A stretch of DNA of 64,000 nt from an uncultured Ignavibacteria bacterium (GCA_964607165.1 CAZSIT010000002.1:46063-110062); one strand, 5' to 3'; numbered from the stretch's first letter, positions 27,227-35,622 are shown. Program-made: numbers and translations. The notes: generated from the sequence alone by a model not told the origin.

Positions 27227-28195
27227 ATGAAAACATTGATTTTTACGGAAACCAAAGAAAATAAATTGGCTTCAACCGCCGCCGAGCTTTTCACGTTTGC
27301 TCAAAATCTGGGCGCCTCCGAAATCTACGCCGTAGTGCTGGGAGAAAGCGTCGAGGCCGCCGCCGGTGAGCTGGGACAGCTTGGGGCTAAAACCGTCTAT
27401 GCTTTCTCCGACCCGAAATTAAAATACTTCGTCGATGAAGCATATACCGGAATCGTTGCCGGAGTGCTTACCGAAGCAAAGCCGGAATTGATTTTGGGGG
27501 CGGCGACTTTTACCGGCAAGGCGCTTCTCCCCCGTTTAGCGGCAAATTTGAAAATGCCTTTAGTCACCGATATTGTGAAGGTTGATTCCAACTCTCCCCT
27601 CACCGTTACCCGCCCTTCGCACGGCGGAAACGTTTATCAGAAAATAAAATTAGGAAGCGGGCCGATTCTTTTGACCGCAAGGCCCAAATCGTTTGCCGCT
27701 GCCAAAGCGGATGCTTCGCGTAAAGCTGAAGTTAAAACCGGTGCGGTGGATTGGGCGGCTTTAAATGTGCGCACACAAGTTCTGGAGCGGGTCAAAGAAG
27801 AAGCACAGACGGTTAATTTAGGCGATGCCGACATTATTGTTTCCGGTGGGCGGGGCCTGCGCGAGCCGGTCAATTTCAAACTCGTCCGCGAACTTGCCCA
27901 AGTCGTTGGCGGCGCGGTCGGTGCGTCGCGCGCGGTGGTGGATGCCGGCTGGATTCCGTATGCCCATCAGGTCGGCCAGACCGGGCGGACGGTGAACCCC
28001 AAGCTCTATTTCGCCTGCGGCATTTCCGGCGCCATTCAGCATTTAGTCGGAATGCAGTCATCCAGCATCATCGTGGCAATCAACCGCGACAAAGACGCGC
28101 CGATTTTTGGCGTCGCCACCTACGGCATCGTCGGTGACCTGTTCGAAATCATCCCGGCCTTGACCAAGGTTTTCAAAGAAAAATTGGGGGGGTAA
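27227..28195 (+). CDS. electron transfer flavoprotein alpha-subunit-like protein (no adjacent beta subunit)
   Basis: 322 aa; C-terminal ETF-alpha FAD-binding signature 'PKLYFACGISGAIQHLVGM'. Confidence 0.7.
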   Translation: MKTLIFTETKENKLASTAAELFTFAQNLGASEIYAVVLGESVEAAAGELGQLGAKTVYAFSDPKLKYFVDEAYTGIVAGVLTEAKPELILGAATFTGKALLPRLAANLKMPLVTDIVKVDSNSPLTVTRPSHGGNVYQKIKLGSGPILLTARPKSFAAAKADASRKAEVKTGAVDWAALNVRTQVLERVKEEAQTVNLGDADIIVSGGRGLREPVNFKLVRELAQVVGGAVGASRAVVDAGWIPYAHQVGQTGRTVNPKLYFACGISGAIQHLVGMQSSSIIVAINRDKDAPIFGVATYGIVGDLFEIIPALTKVFKEKLGG

Positions 28196-28277
28196 ATACC
28201 CCCCAGCAGGAGCTGGGGTTTATCCCGACACTAAAGTGTCGTCTACCATTAAGAAAAAAACGTATGTGTATTTCCGT

Positions 28278-28318
28278 AGGGGCGTATGGCATACGCCCTG
28301 TTTTGATTTGTTTTTTTG
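28278..28318 (+). terminator. Rho-independent terminator downstream of etfA-like gene
   Basis: GGGGCGTAT-ggc-ATACGCCC followed by TGTTTTGATTTGTTTTTTTG. Confidence 0.7.
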
Positions 28319-28380
28319 TTTCTTGTAGGGGCACAACATGTTGTGCCCTTCCCCAATCGAATTCGTATATTCCCTCCGTT

Positions 28381-28453
28381 TGGGGCGTAGCCAAGCTGGT
28401 AAGGCACGGGACTTTGGATCCCGCACGCCCAGGTTCGAATCCTGGCGCCCCAG
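28381..28453 (+). tRNA. tRNA-Gln (anticodon TTG)
   Basis: TGGGGCGTAGCCAAGCTGGTAAGGCACGGGACTTTGGATCCCG...GGTTCGAATCCTGGCGCCCCAG; closely parallels bacterial tRNA-Gln (5' U1, D-loop AGCTGGTAAGG, anticodon loop CUUUGGA); CCA not encoded. Confidence 0.8.
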
Positions 28454-28461
28454 TTAAAACA

Positions 28462-28490
28462 GTGATTAGAGATTAGTGATTGGTGATTAG
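28462..28490. repeat. short heptamer tandem repeat (GATTAGT/GATTGGT x4) just 3' of tRNA-Gln
   Basis: gtgattagaGATTAGTGATTGGTGATTAGT. Confidence 0.6.
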
Positions 28491-28499
28491 TAAAAACGC

Positions 28500-28615
28500 A
28501 GGTTCGCCTGCCCGAGCCCCTGGCCGGTGAGAGGAGCGGGGAGAACGGGCAGGCGTGGCCTCTTGCTTCGGCCAGGGAATCCTGGCCCCCCTGTTATTAT
28601 TTTTCTTGGGCAATA
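28500..28615 (+). other. structured intergenic segment: 10-bp stem CGCCTGCCCG...CGGGCAGGCG enclosing a 40-nt motif also present inside msrBA, then a GGCCAGG-gaat-CCTGGCC hairpin with T-rich tail
   Basis: Read directly from sequence; the second hairpin resembles both an intrinsic terminator and a degraded tRNA T-arm/acceptor 3' end. Confidence 0.4.
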
Positions 28616-28700
28616 CGAAAATACGGCGCGGAACTTTTTTTGCTGCCGTTGAGGTTTAATAAACCGCAAACCAATAACCCAAAACCAGAGGAGGTTCAAA

Positions 28701-29267
28701 ATGAAACAAACATATCTCAAACCGAGCGGAACGATGGCGATGCTTCTGCTCGTCCTGGCAGCTGCCGTTCTGGCCGGCTGCTCGAACAACAACGCCGAGC
28801 TGCAGACCCAGTTGAAGCAGTTCACCGATGAGCGGGCAATGGTGGAAACGCATCTGGTCCGCTTCGACTCGTTGGACTTTGACATATTCAGCCACGAGAA
28901 ATGGGATTTGCTGAACGTCAGCCACAGCGACGATATCGTGGTCAACTGGCCCGACGGTCATCATACCAACGGCATTGCCACACACATCGAAGACCTGAAA
29001 GCGATGTTCGTCTATGCGCCGGATACCAAAATCGAGACGCACCCCATCCGCTTTGGCTCGGGCGACTGGACTTGCGTAACCGGCACGATGACCGGAACCT
29101 TTTCCAAGCCGATGCCCATCGGCGGCGGCAAGACCATCCCGCCGACCGGCAAAAAGTTCAGCGTCCCGATGTGCACGGTGGGGCACTGGAAAGACGGGAA
29201 AATGATAGAGGAATCGCTCTATTGGGACAACCAGACCTTTATGAAACAGATTGGGCTGGCAAAATAA
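28701..29267 (+). CDS. lipoprotein with SnoaL-like / NTF2-like (predicted ester cyclase) domain
   Basis: 188 aa; lipobox 'LAGCS'; NTF2-like fold signature; GGAGG RBS. Confidence 0.5.
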   Translation: MKQTYLKPSGTMAMLLLVLAAAVLAGCSNNNAELQTQLKQFTDERAMVETHLVRFDSLDFDIFSHEKWDLLNVSHSDDIVVNWPDGHHTNGIATHIEDLKAMFVYAPDTKIETHPIRFGSGDWTCVTGTMTGTFSKPMPIGGGKTIPPTGKKFSVPMCTVGHWKDGKMIEESLYWDNQTFMKQIGLAK

Positions 29268-29805
29268 GTTTGGCGTGAACAAATCTCTGGCTGCCCGCCC
29301 GATTGACCCCGGCACTGACATTGGCCACGTGCATTTGAAAGTCGCCGATTTGGAGCGGGCGCTCGATTTTTACTGCGGGGTGCTCGGTTTTGAACTGACC
29401 ACGCGCTACGGCGCGGAGGCGGCCTTCGTTTCCGCCGGGGGATATCATCACCACATCGGGTTGAACACCTGGGAATCGCGCGGCGGCTCTCCGCCGCCCC
29501 CCGGTTCCACCGGGCTGTATCATTTTGCCATCCGCTATCCCGACCGCGCCGCCCTTGCAGATGCCCTGCACCGTTTGCGTCAGGCCAAAATCCCCCTCGA
29601 AGGGGCGGCCGACCACGGCGTCAGCGAAGCTTTATATCTGCGCGACCCGGACGGCAACGGCATTGAACTTTACTGGGACCGCCCGCGCGAAAAATGGCCG
29701 AAAACGCCGGACGGAAAAATCGAAATGTACACCCGGCCGTTGAAAACCCTGAGCGTCAAAGACCACGTCATAGACCCTGAGCGAAGCCGAAGGGAACGCA
29801 GTTGA
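29251..29805 (+). CDS. VOC (glyoxalase/bleomycin-resistance/dioxygenase) family protein
   Basis: 'IGHVHLKVADLERALDFYCGVLGFEL' glyoxalase-type beta-alpha-beta-beta-beta module; exact start uncertain. Confidence 0.65.
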   Translation: MGWQNKFGVNKSLAARPIDPGTDIGHVHLKVADLERALDFYCGVLGFELTTRYGAEAAFVSAGGYHHHIGLNTWESRGGSPPPPGSTGLYHFAIRYPDRAALADALHRLRQAKIPLEGAADHGVSEALYLRDPDGNGIELYWDRPREKWPKTPDGKIEMYTRPLKTLSVKDHVIDPERSRRERS

Positions 29806-29888
29806 AGGGTAGCCGAAGGGTTGGATTTGGAAAACTTGCTGGCGGAAGCTCCCAAAGAGCGCTAAATTGCTCCTTCGAGGAATTCAAG

Positions 29889-30680
29889 ATGAAAATGTTG
29901 AACGTGGTGCGGGCGGCGGCAAAACTTTTTTTAGCTTTTAGCCTTCTGGCGTCATCGAGCGCTCTTAAAGCGCAGGGTTTGACGGGGAAAAGCTTTACCG
30001 GACAAAGTTTCAAAACGAGTGCTTTTGTACTTCGCCTCGATTACGGGCGCGACGACTCGGATAGCGAAAATTCCCCGCAAGCACCGGCGCCGGCCGTCAA
30101 AAAGATTAAAACACTTTCTTTTAAAGGCGGGCCAAGAACTTCCTGCAAGTGGTTCTTAATAACTGAGAACGGTTTCGCAGCTATAACGGGCCAGCGCCCC
30201 GAATTATCGCTGCAGCGGAGTACCCGTGTTCACTGGGAGTGGGGGTTGATGAAAAACGCTGGCGAGCGGTATGCTGTGGGGGGCGCTTTTTACGTCAGTT
30301 TTGAGGCGGAAGATGACCGGGGATTTTTATTTGGCTTCAAGCCGAGATTTCGATACTGGCTCACCCGCCGCTTCACCGCCGACTTTGCCCCGGGGCTGCT
30401 TTTTGCCCAGTCCGGAAACGTCCAAACTTCCTACAAGGCGAGCTTTCCCGGTTTTGAAGGGCACGTTGGGCTTGGCTTCGCGGATTGGGTAAGTTTGAGC
30501 CTTCATTTGGAATTACTCCATCTGGAGCCGAAGTTCAGCTATCAAAGTTACGCCCCTCCAATACCAACTCAAAAAAATTGGTATATAGGAATAACTTTCG
30601 GCTCATATCCCGGCGCAATTTTAAGCCCGATTAGCGGCGCTTTGGCTGTGTTGGCACACGCAATTGCCTTAGCCGATTGA
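29889..30680 (+). CDS. hypothetical secreted protein
   Basis: Signal peptide 'MKMLNVVRAAAKLFLAFSLLASSSALKAQ'; beta-rich; no recognisable domain. Confidence 0.4.
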   Translation: MKMLNVVRAAAKLFLAFSLLASSSALKAQGLTGKSFTGQSFKTSAFVLRLDYGRDDSDSENSPQAPAPAVKKIKTLSFKGGPRTSCKWFLITENGFAAITGQRPELSLQRSTRVHWEWGLMKNAGERYAVGGAFYVSFEAEDDRGFLFGFKPRFRYWLTRRFTADFAPGLLFAQSGNVQTSYKASFPGFEGHVGLGFADWVSLSLHLELLHLEPKFSYQSYAPPIPTQKNWYIGITFGSYPGAILSPISGALAVLAHAIALAD

Positions 30681-30740
30681 TATTCAGCAAGTCCCTTCTC
30701 GCTACTACCCCAACAACTGGGAAAAGGGGATGTTAACCAT

Positions 30741-30795
30741 TGGAAATCTTTCTAAAATACTTGGAACAACCTTTGCCCCTTTCCGGTTATTGGCG
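30741..30795. repeat. ~50-nt repeat copy 1 (shared with 34335..34390)
   Basis: 'ggaaatctttctaaaatacttggaacaacctttgcccctttccggttattgg' vs 'gataaatttcttcaaaaaacttggaacaacctttacctatttccggttattgccgg'. Confidence 0.6.
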
Positions 30796-30803
30796 CGGAG
30801 AAA

Positions 30804-32663
30804 TCAGGATTTGCTATCTTTTGTCTTTTTGACCCAATCTCTGACCATTTGTTCAAGGATATTCAAAGGCACCGCCCCGCTGCCCAAAACCAAATCGTGA
30901 AAAGCGCGAAGGTCAAACTTCTCCCCCAAATCCTTTTGCGCCGCCTCGCGTAATTCCTTGATTTTCAACTGGCCGATTTTATAGGCCAAGGCCTGCCCGG
31001 GCCAAACAATGTAACGGTCCACCTCCACCGTAATGTCGTGTTCGGCCTTGCCGACGTTTTGCGTAAAGTAATCGATCGCCTGCTGGCGGCTCCAGCCCTT
31101 CCAGTGCATCCCCACGTCCACCACCAGGCGGATGGCCCGCCACATTTCGTAGCTCAACTGCCCAAATTTGGAATAAGGGTCTTGATAAAAGCCCATTTCG
31201 TATCCCAAACCTTCGGCATACAACCCCCACCCTTCTCCGTAGGCGGTGTACCAGCCCCAGCGCCGGAATTCCGGCAGGTTTTCCAACTCCTGCGCTATGG
31301 AGCCCTGCAGATGGTGACCGGGAACGGCTTCGTGCAGGGTTAAAGGTTCCATTTCCCATTTGGGGCGGGATTTCAAATCATAGGTGTTGGCATAAAAGTA
31401 TCCGGGACGGCCGGCTGCCAGCGAGCCGGGCTGGTAATAGGCGGTGGTCTGCGATTTTTCCATATACTCCGGCACCGGCTTCACCCCGTACGGCAGGCGG
31501 GGCAGATGCCCGAACAGCTTGATTAACTCCGGGTCGGCCCGCTTGCAAATATCGCGATAGGATTCCAAAAGGTCCTCCGCTTTCGAAAAGAAAAACTGCG
31601 GGTCAGTGCGCAAAAAGTCGCAAAATTCGGAAAAACTCCCTTTGAAAGCGGTTTCGGCAATTACCTTGTCCATTTCCCCGCGTATGCGCTTAACTTCGCT
31701 TTCCCCCAGGTCGAAAATTTGTTCCGGGGTCATCGCCGTGGTGGTGTAGGATTTGGCCTGATAGGCGTACCATTTTTTCCCGTTGGGAATATCCGACAGG
31801 CCGATGCTGGTCCGGCAGCCGGGGAGATAGGTCTTTTCGAGATAGGCGGCCAGCGCTTCAAAAGCTGGGACGATTTGGCCGGTGTATAGCGAATGCGCTT
31901 CCTTGCGCAACTCCTCCTGCTTCGCCGTTGGAATGGTGTTTGGAAAGGTTTTGAAAGGGGTCAGCATCGGCGCTTCGGCCGGGTCCTTTACGATTTGATC
32001 TCTGACCTGCTGGGGAACGTCCCGCAGGGTAATCTGCGGCGGCGTAATCCCCTCTTTCAAACCGCGCTCCAAAAGCACCCGCACCTGGCCGGTCAAAGCG
32101 GGAACCGCTTTCAGCCGGGCCAGAATATCCTGATAATCCTTCACGGTGCCAGACGGCATAACGGCGACCAACTGGGGGATATCCTGCTGCACGCCGTTCA
32201 ATTGCGTAAGGGGGGTCAGTTCGGCGGGAAATTCCGCCCCTTCGATGTCAAGCGAGGTTTTGTCCTTGAAAAGGTCGTAATTGAGTTGGTCTTGGCTGGA
32301 AAGTTTCTCTTTGGAAATAGAGTTTAAAACCTCGATAATCAGGGGGGATTCTTTTTTGCGTCTTTCTATGGCGGCAAACGACATATCGGTCAATTTGTCG
32401 TTTAAGCCGGGATAGCCGATGAAGGTGGCGAACTCCGGACTTTCCTCCATCCCATGCTTCCAGCACAAATCAAAAAGCTGGTAGAGCCGCGCGGAGTCGG
32501 CGACTTTTCCTTTGGATTGGGCGAGGTTGGCACAGCTTTTTTGGAAACTGGTCATCTGGTTTTGGGCGGAAGCCGATAGAGGGAGTACCAACATTGAGCT
32601 AAGCAATGCTACTGCGATTCGTTTTTTCGATGGCCATTTCATTCCAGCCCGCAAAGTATACAA
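30804..32663 (-). CDS. DUF885-family secreted putative metallopeptidase
   Basis: 619 aa; signal peptide; 'LHEAVPGHHLQ' HExxxGH motif typical of DUF885. Confidence 0.6.
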   Translation of the reverse strand: MYTLRAGMKWPSKKRIAVALLSSMLVLPLSASAQNQMTSFQKSCANLAQSKGKVADSARLYQLFDLCWKHGMEESPEFATFIGYPGLNDKLTDMSFAAIERRKKESPLIIEVLNSISKEKLSSQDQLNYDLFKDKTSLDIEGAEFPAELTPLTQLNGVQQDIPQLVAVMPSGTVKDYQDILARLKAVPALTGQVRVLLERGLKEGITPPQITLRDVPQQVRDQIVKDPAEAPMLTPFKTFPNTIPTAKQEELRKEAHSLYTGQIVPAFEALAAYLEKTYLPGCRTSIGLSDIPNGKKWYAYQAKSYTTTAMTPEQIFDLGESEVKRIRGEMDKVIAETAFKGSFSEFCDFLRTDPQFFFSKAEDLLESYRDICKRADPELIKLFGHLPRLPYGVKPVPEYMEKSQTTAYYQPGSLAAGRPGYFYANTYDLKSRPKWEMEPLTLHEAVPGHHLQGSIAQELENLPEFRRWGWYTAYGEGWGLYAEGLGYEMGFYQDPYSKFGQLSYEMWRAIRLVVDVGMHWKGWSRQQAIDYFTQNVGKAEHDITVEVDRYIVWPGQALAYKIGQLKIKELREAAQKDLGEKFDLRAFHDLVLGSGAVPLNILEQMVRDWVKKTKDSKS

Positions 32664-32766
32664 CTATTTGCGCCGCTTGCGCAAGGCCAAAATCGCCTTG
32701 GAAGAAGCCAGTGACCCTGACCGGTCAGGGAGTCCTGGCACCCCGGAAATTTTTTGAAAACTGGGC

Positions 32767-32795
32767 TTGACAAAACCGAAAGCCCCGGCTATACT
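32767..32795 (+). promoter_or_regulatory. near-consensus sigma-70 promoter (TTGACA-17 nt-TATACT) for AT-rich gene 32999..34171
   Basis: cTTGACAaaaccgaaagccccggcTATACTgac; downstream 5'UTR contains hairpin gggatgtgaggattcgcatccc and an AGGAGG RBS. Confidence 0.55.
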
Positions 32796-32998
32796 GACCC
32801 CGAAAGATAAGCCCGTGGATTCGGGCTGAATGAAACCGCAGGTGCGGGAAGAAAGGAGAGATGAAATGGATTTTACATGATTTTAGTTTTAGCGGCTGCA
32901 ATGAAATTTATGCAGCTTTTTTTATTTGACGAAAACGGGATGTGAGGATTCGCATCCCATAAACTGAAAACCGAAACTCCATTAGGAGGAAGGAAAAA

Positions 32999-34171
32999 AT
33001 GAAATCTATATTCTTAAGAACCGAATTTAACCGTCGTTTCCCTGATCCTCTAAACAAGTCCGACCAAGATGAGCCCACAAGCATCGAGCACTATATTTTA
33101 CTTTGCAGAGCTGTAGATATACCGCCAGGTATTCCGACGGCTCCAAATCCAAGGGAACAAGACACAGATAAAACAATCTACCAGGAAGTCAAAAAAAGCC
33201 TTCTGAGCGAAGCCGATCCTACTTTTCATCTTAAGAACAAGGGGATTACAATTATCGCTCACAAGGTGGACTATAGCAACCATAAAGATGGTTTAGAAGT
33301 TTTCTTCAATGAAGACGATGGTATAGTCGATGGTGCCCACACCTATACAATCATAGTCGACAACAAGGATGAGTGCCCGCACAATCAATTTGTTAAACTG
33401 GAAATATTGACAGCCATTCCGAGGTCCTTTGTCGAACCCATTGCGCAGGGTCTAAATACTGCTGTGCAGGTACAAACTATGAGTCTGGCCAATCTTGGCA
33501 AAAGGTTCGAATGGATCAAAGAAATCTTGAATAAAACACCATACGCTTCAGAAATTGCCTACAAAGAAAACGAGGACGGTGAATTTACCATTAGAGATAT
33601 CATCAGCTTAATGACTCTTTTTAATATTGAGTCATATCCTGATGGTTCTACCCATCCTAAGGTTGCTTATGTTAGCAAAGCGAAAGCATTGGAAGATTAT
33701 TTAAAAAGCCAAAATTCATTTGAAAAATTGTCGCTGATACTAAAGGACATCTTAGAACTTCATGATTATGTCCATTTAAAAGGACGGGGGCTCTATAACG
33801 AAAAATATAAAGGGAAAGGTGGAAGGTTGGCATTCTACCAAACTCGGAAGAAAGGATATAGGCTCGTATTCACAAGAAAGGAAACACCAAGCATGCTGTA
33901 TGACGGTGCACTTTATCCCATTTTGGGTGCATTCAGATACCTCGTGGGACAAAAACCCGGCAACGGCCATTTTTCTTGGAAGGTCGGCTCTTTTGAGGAG
34001 GTCAAAAAAATATTTGACAAGGTTGGAGCTGACATGATTAACTCAACTAAAGGCAAAAGCGATAGCACTGGCAGAAATCCAAATGCTATCGGCAAAGATG
34101 ATGGCCATTGGGAAAATCTGTACAAAACTGTTGCCCTTGCTTACTTTGAAAATAACAGAGCTAAAAACTAA
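32999..34171 (+). CDS. hypothetical 390-aa protein in AT-rich islet (possible abortive-infection/defence-type gene; no confident family)
   Basis: Low-GC gene flanked by high-GC core genes, own strong promoter and terminator; weak resemblance of 'GIVDGAHTYTI' to AIPR-type motifs is not sufficient for assignment. Confidence 0.3.
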   Translation: MKSIFLRTEFNRRFPDPLNKSDQDEPTSIEHYILLCRAVDIPPGIPTAPNPREQDTDKTIYQEVKKSLLSEADPTFHLKNKGITIIAHKVDYSNHKDGLEVFFNEDDGIVDGAHTYTIIVDNKDECPHNQFVKLEILTAIPRSFVEPIAQGLNTAVQVQTMSLANLGKRFEWIKEILNKTPYASEIAYKENEDGEFTIRDIISLMTLFNIESYPDGSTHPKVAYVSKAKALEDYLKSQNSFEKLSLILKDILELHDYVHLKGRGLYNEKYKGKGGRLAFYQTRKKGYRLVFTRKETPSMLYDGALYPILGAFRYLVGQKPGNGHFSWKVGSFEEVKKIFDKVGADMINSTKGKSDSTGRNPNAIGKDDGHWENLYKTVALAYFENNRAKN

Positions 34172-34186
34172 TAAAAACGCAATTAA

Positions 34187-34225
34187 TAAGAAGCCCCGCC
34201 TGGAATGGGCGGGGCTTCTTATTCT
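34187..34225 (+). terminator. terminator-like hairpin after islet gene
   Basis: AAGAAGCCCCGCC-tggaat-GGGCGGGGCTTCTT followed by ATTCTGG (weak U-tract). Confidence 0.5.
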
Positions 34226-34332
34226 GGAACAAAAGCGACTCGCGTTCAGTTAAAAATAGAAACGGCGCGAATGTCGGTAAGCAAGGAATAACATTAGCGG
34301 GGTAATTTTTGCCCTATGTAAAGGAGAAAAAA

Positions 34333-34395
34333 ATGATAAATTTCTTCAAAAAACTTGGAACAACCTTTACCTATTTCCGGTTATTGCCGGTATGA
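34333..34395 (+). other. 20-codon upstream ORF (MINFFKKLGTTFTYFRLLPV) with AAGGAG RBS, stop overlapping msrBA start (ATGA); lies within repeat copy 2
   Basis: aaggagaaaaaaATGataaat...ccggtATGAaaaca; the uORF TGA overlaps the ATG of the 34392 gene. Confidence 0.35.
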
Positions 34396-35408
34396 AAACA
34401 ACAATTATACTATTGGCGTTGGTGGTAGGTATTATAGGGGTTTTTGGGTTGGTTTTGTCGCAAGGAACAAAGAAGAAGGAGGATAGTAACAAAGTGACTT
34501 ACAATAAGTTGACCCCCGAGGAGGAGCGGGTAATCGTGCGCAAGGGCACGGAGATGCCCTATACCGGCAAGTATTACGATTCCCACGACAAGGGAACCTA
34601 CACCTGCAAACGCTGCGGGGCGGTGCTCTACCGTTCGGACGACAAGTTCGATTCCCACTGCGGCTGGCCCAGCTTTGACGACGCCGTTCCGGGGGCGGTC
34701 AAGCAGGTGCCGGACGCCGATGGCCAGCGCACGGAGATTTTGTGCAACCACTGCGGCGCGCACCTGGGGCACGTTTTTACCGGGGAAGGTCTCACTTCCA
34801 AAGACACGCGCTATTGCGTAAATTCAATTTCTATGAGCTTTATCCCGGCCGGAGCCGGCGTATCCCCTGGCCGAGGAGTGGAGCGGGGAGAACGGGCAGG
34901 CGAAACGAACGGTAAGAGTCAAACCAAGACGCAAAAGGCCTATTTTGCCGGCGGATGCTTTTGGGGAACGGAGTATTATTTAAAGCAGGTCAAAGGGGTA
35001 ACGGACGTGAAGGTCGGCTATATGGGTGGGAAGAAGAAAAACCCGACCTACCGGGAGGTCTGCAACGGGAACACCGGGCACATTGAGGCCAACGAGGTGA
35101 CTTTTGATCCGACCAAGACCAGCTACGAGGAAGTGGCCAAGTTATTTTTCGAAATCCACGACCCGGCGCAGGTGAACCGCCAGGGGCCTGACGTCGGGGA
35201 ACAGTATAAGTCGGTGGTTTTCTACGCTAACGATGAGCAGAAACATACGGCGGAAAAGCTGATTGGAATTCTGAAGAGCAAGAGAATACCGGTGGCGACG
35301 GAGCTGCGCCCGGCAACCGAGTTCTGGGTGGCGGAGGATTATCATCAGGATTACTACGCCAAAACCGGCAAGGAGCCGTACTGCCATCATCGGGTGAAGC
35401 GGTTTTAA
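34392..35408 (+). CDS. msrBA: bifunctional peptide-methionine sulfoxide reductase MsrB-MsrA fusion with N-terminal TM helix
   Basis: MsrB zinc CxxC pairs ('CKRCGAVLY','CNHCGAHLGHVF') and 'RYCVNS'; MsrA 'FAGGCFWGTEYY'; linker contains the 40-nt motif shared with 28511..28560. Confidence 0.85.
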   Translation: MKTTIILLALVVGIIGVFGLVLSQGTKKKEDSNKVTYNKLTPEEERVIVRKGTEMPYTGKYYDSHDKGTYTCKRCGAVLYRSDDKFDSHCGWPSFDDAVPGAVKQVPDADGQRTEILCNHCGAHLGHVFTGEGLTSKDTRYCVNSISMSFIPAGAGVSPGRGVERGERAGETNGKSQTKTQKAYFAGGCFWGTEYYLKQVKGVTDVKVGYMGGKKKNPTYREVCNGNTGHIEANEVTFDPTKTSYEEVAKLFFEIHDPAQVNRQGPDVGEQYKSVVFYANDEQKHTAEKLIGILKSKRIPVATELRPATEFWVAEDYHQDYYAKTGKEPYCHHRVKRF

Positions 35409-35419
35409 GCTACTCTAAC

Positions 35420-35516
35420 TGTCATTCTGAGCGTTAGCGAAGAATCTGGGATGAGATGAGGGGCGGTTTTTCCCTCACCTTCCCCGCCCAGATCCTTCAC
35501 TTCGTTCAGGATGACA
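35420..35516. repeat. MITE/REP-like palindromic element (30-bp inverted arms TGTCATTCTGAGCGTTAGCGAAGAATCTGGG / CCCAGATCCTTCACTTCGTTCAGGATGACA)
   Basis: Perfect-ish inverted repeat with nested hairpin; second family member at 58035..58177. Confidence 0.7.
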
Positions 35517-35622
35517 ACATTTGAACCAGCTGAGCGTCAAGAAGGGCGGCTCTTTTTTTTCAATTTAAAGCCTAATACTAAAATTTGACTTTTCTCCTCT
35601 TATCTGCCAATATGTCACTCCT

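Noticed and set aside
27227-28195. Possibility that the EtfA-like ORF is actually the missing LarE (both belong to the adenine-nucleotide alpha-hydrolase-like superfamily)
   Set aside because: No PP-loop SGGxDS motif is present. The C-terminal 'PKLYFACGISGAIQHLVGM' is the canonical ETF-alpha FAD-binding signature.
28575-28612. Degenerate copy of the tRNA-Gln 3' end (CCAGG-gaat-CCTGG-CCCCC) as an att-site remnant of an integrated element
   Set aside because: It could equally be a plain intrinsic-terminator hairpin followed by a T-rich tract. Without the other island boundary the integrative-element reading is unsupported, so it is kept only as a possibility inside a finding.
32690-32745. Palindrome CCCTGACCGGTCAGGG followed at a distance by a T-run, considered as a terminator
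   Set aside because: No plus-strand gene ends upstream of it and the T-run is separated from the stem. More likely it is an operator or incidental palindrome in the DUF885 promoter region.
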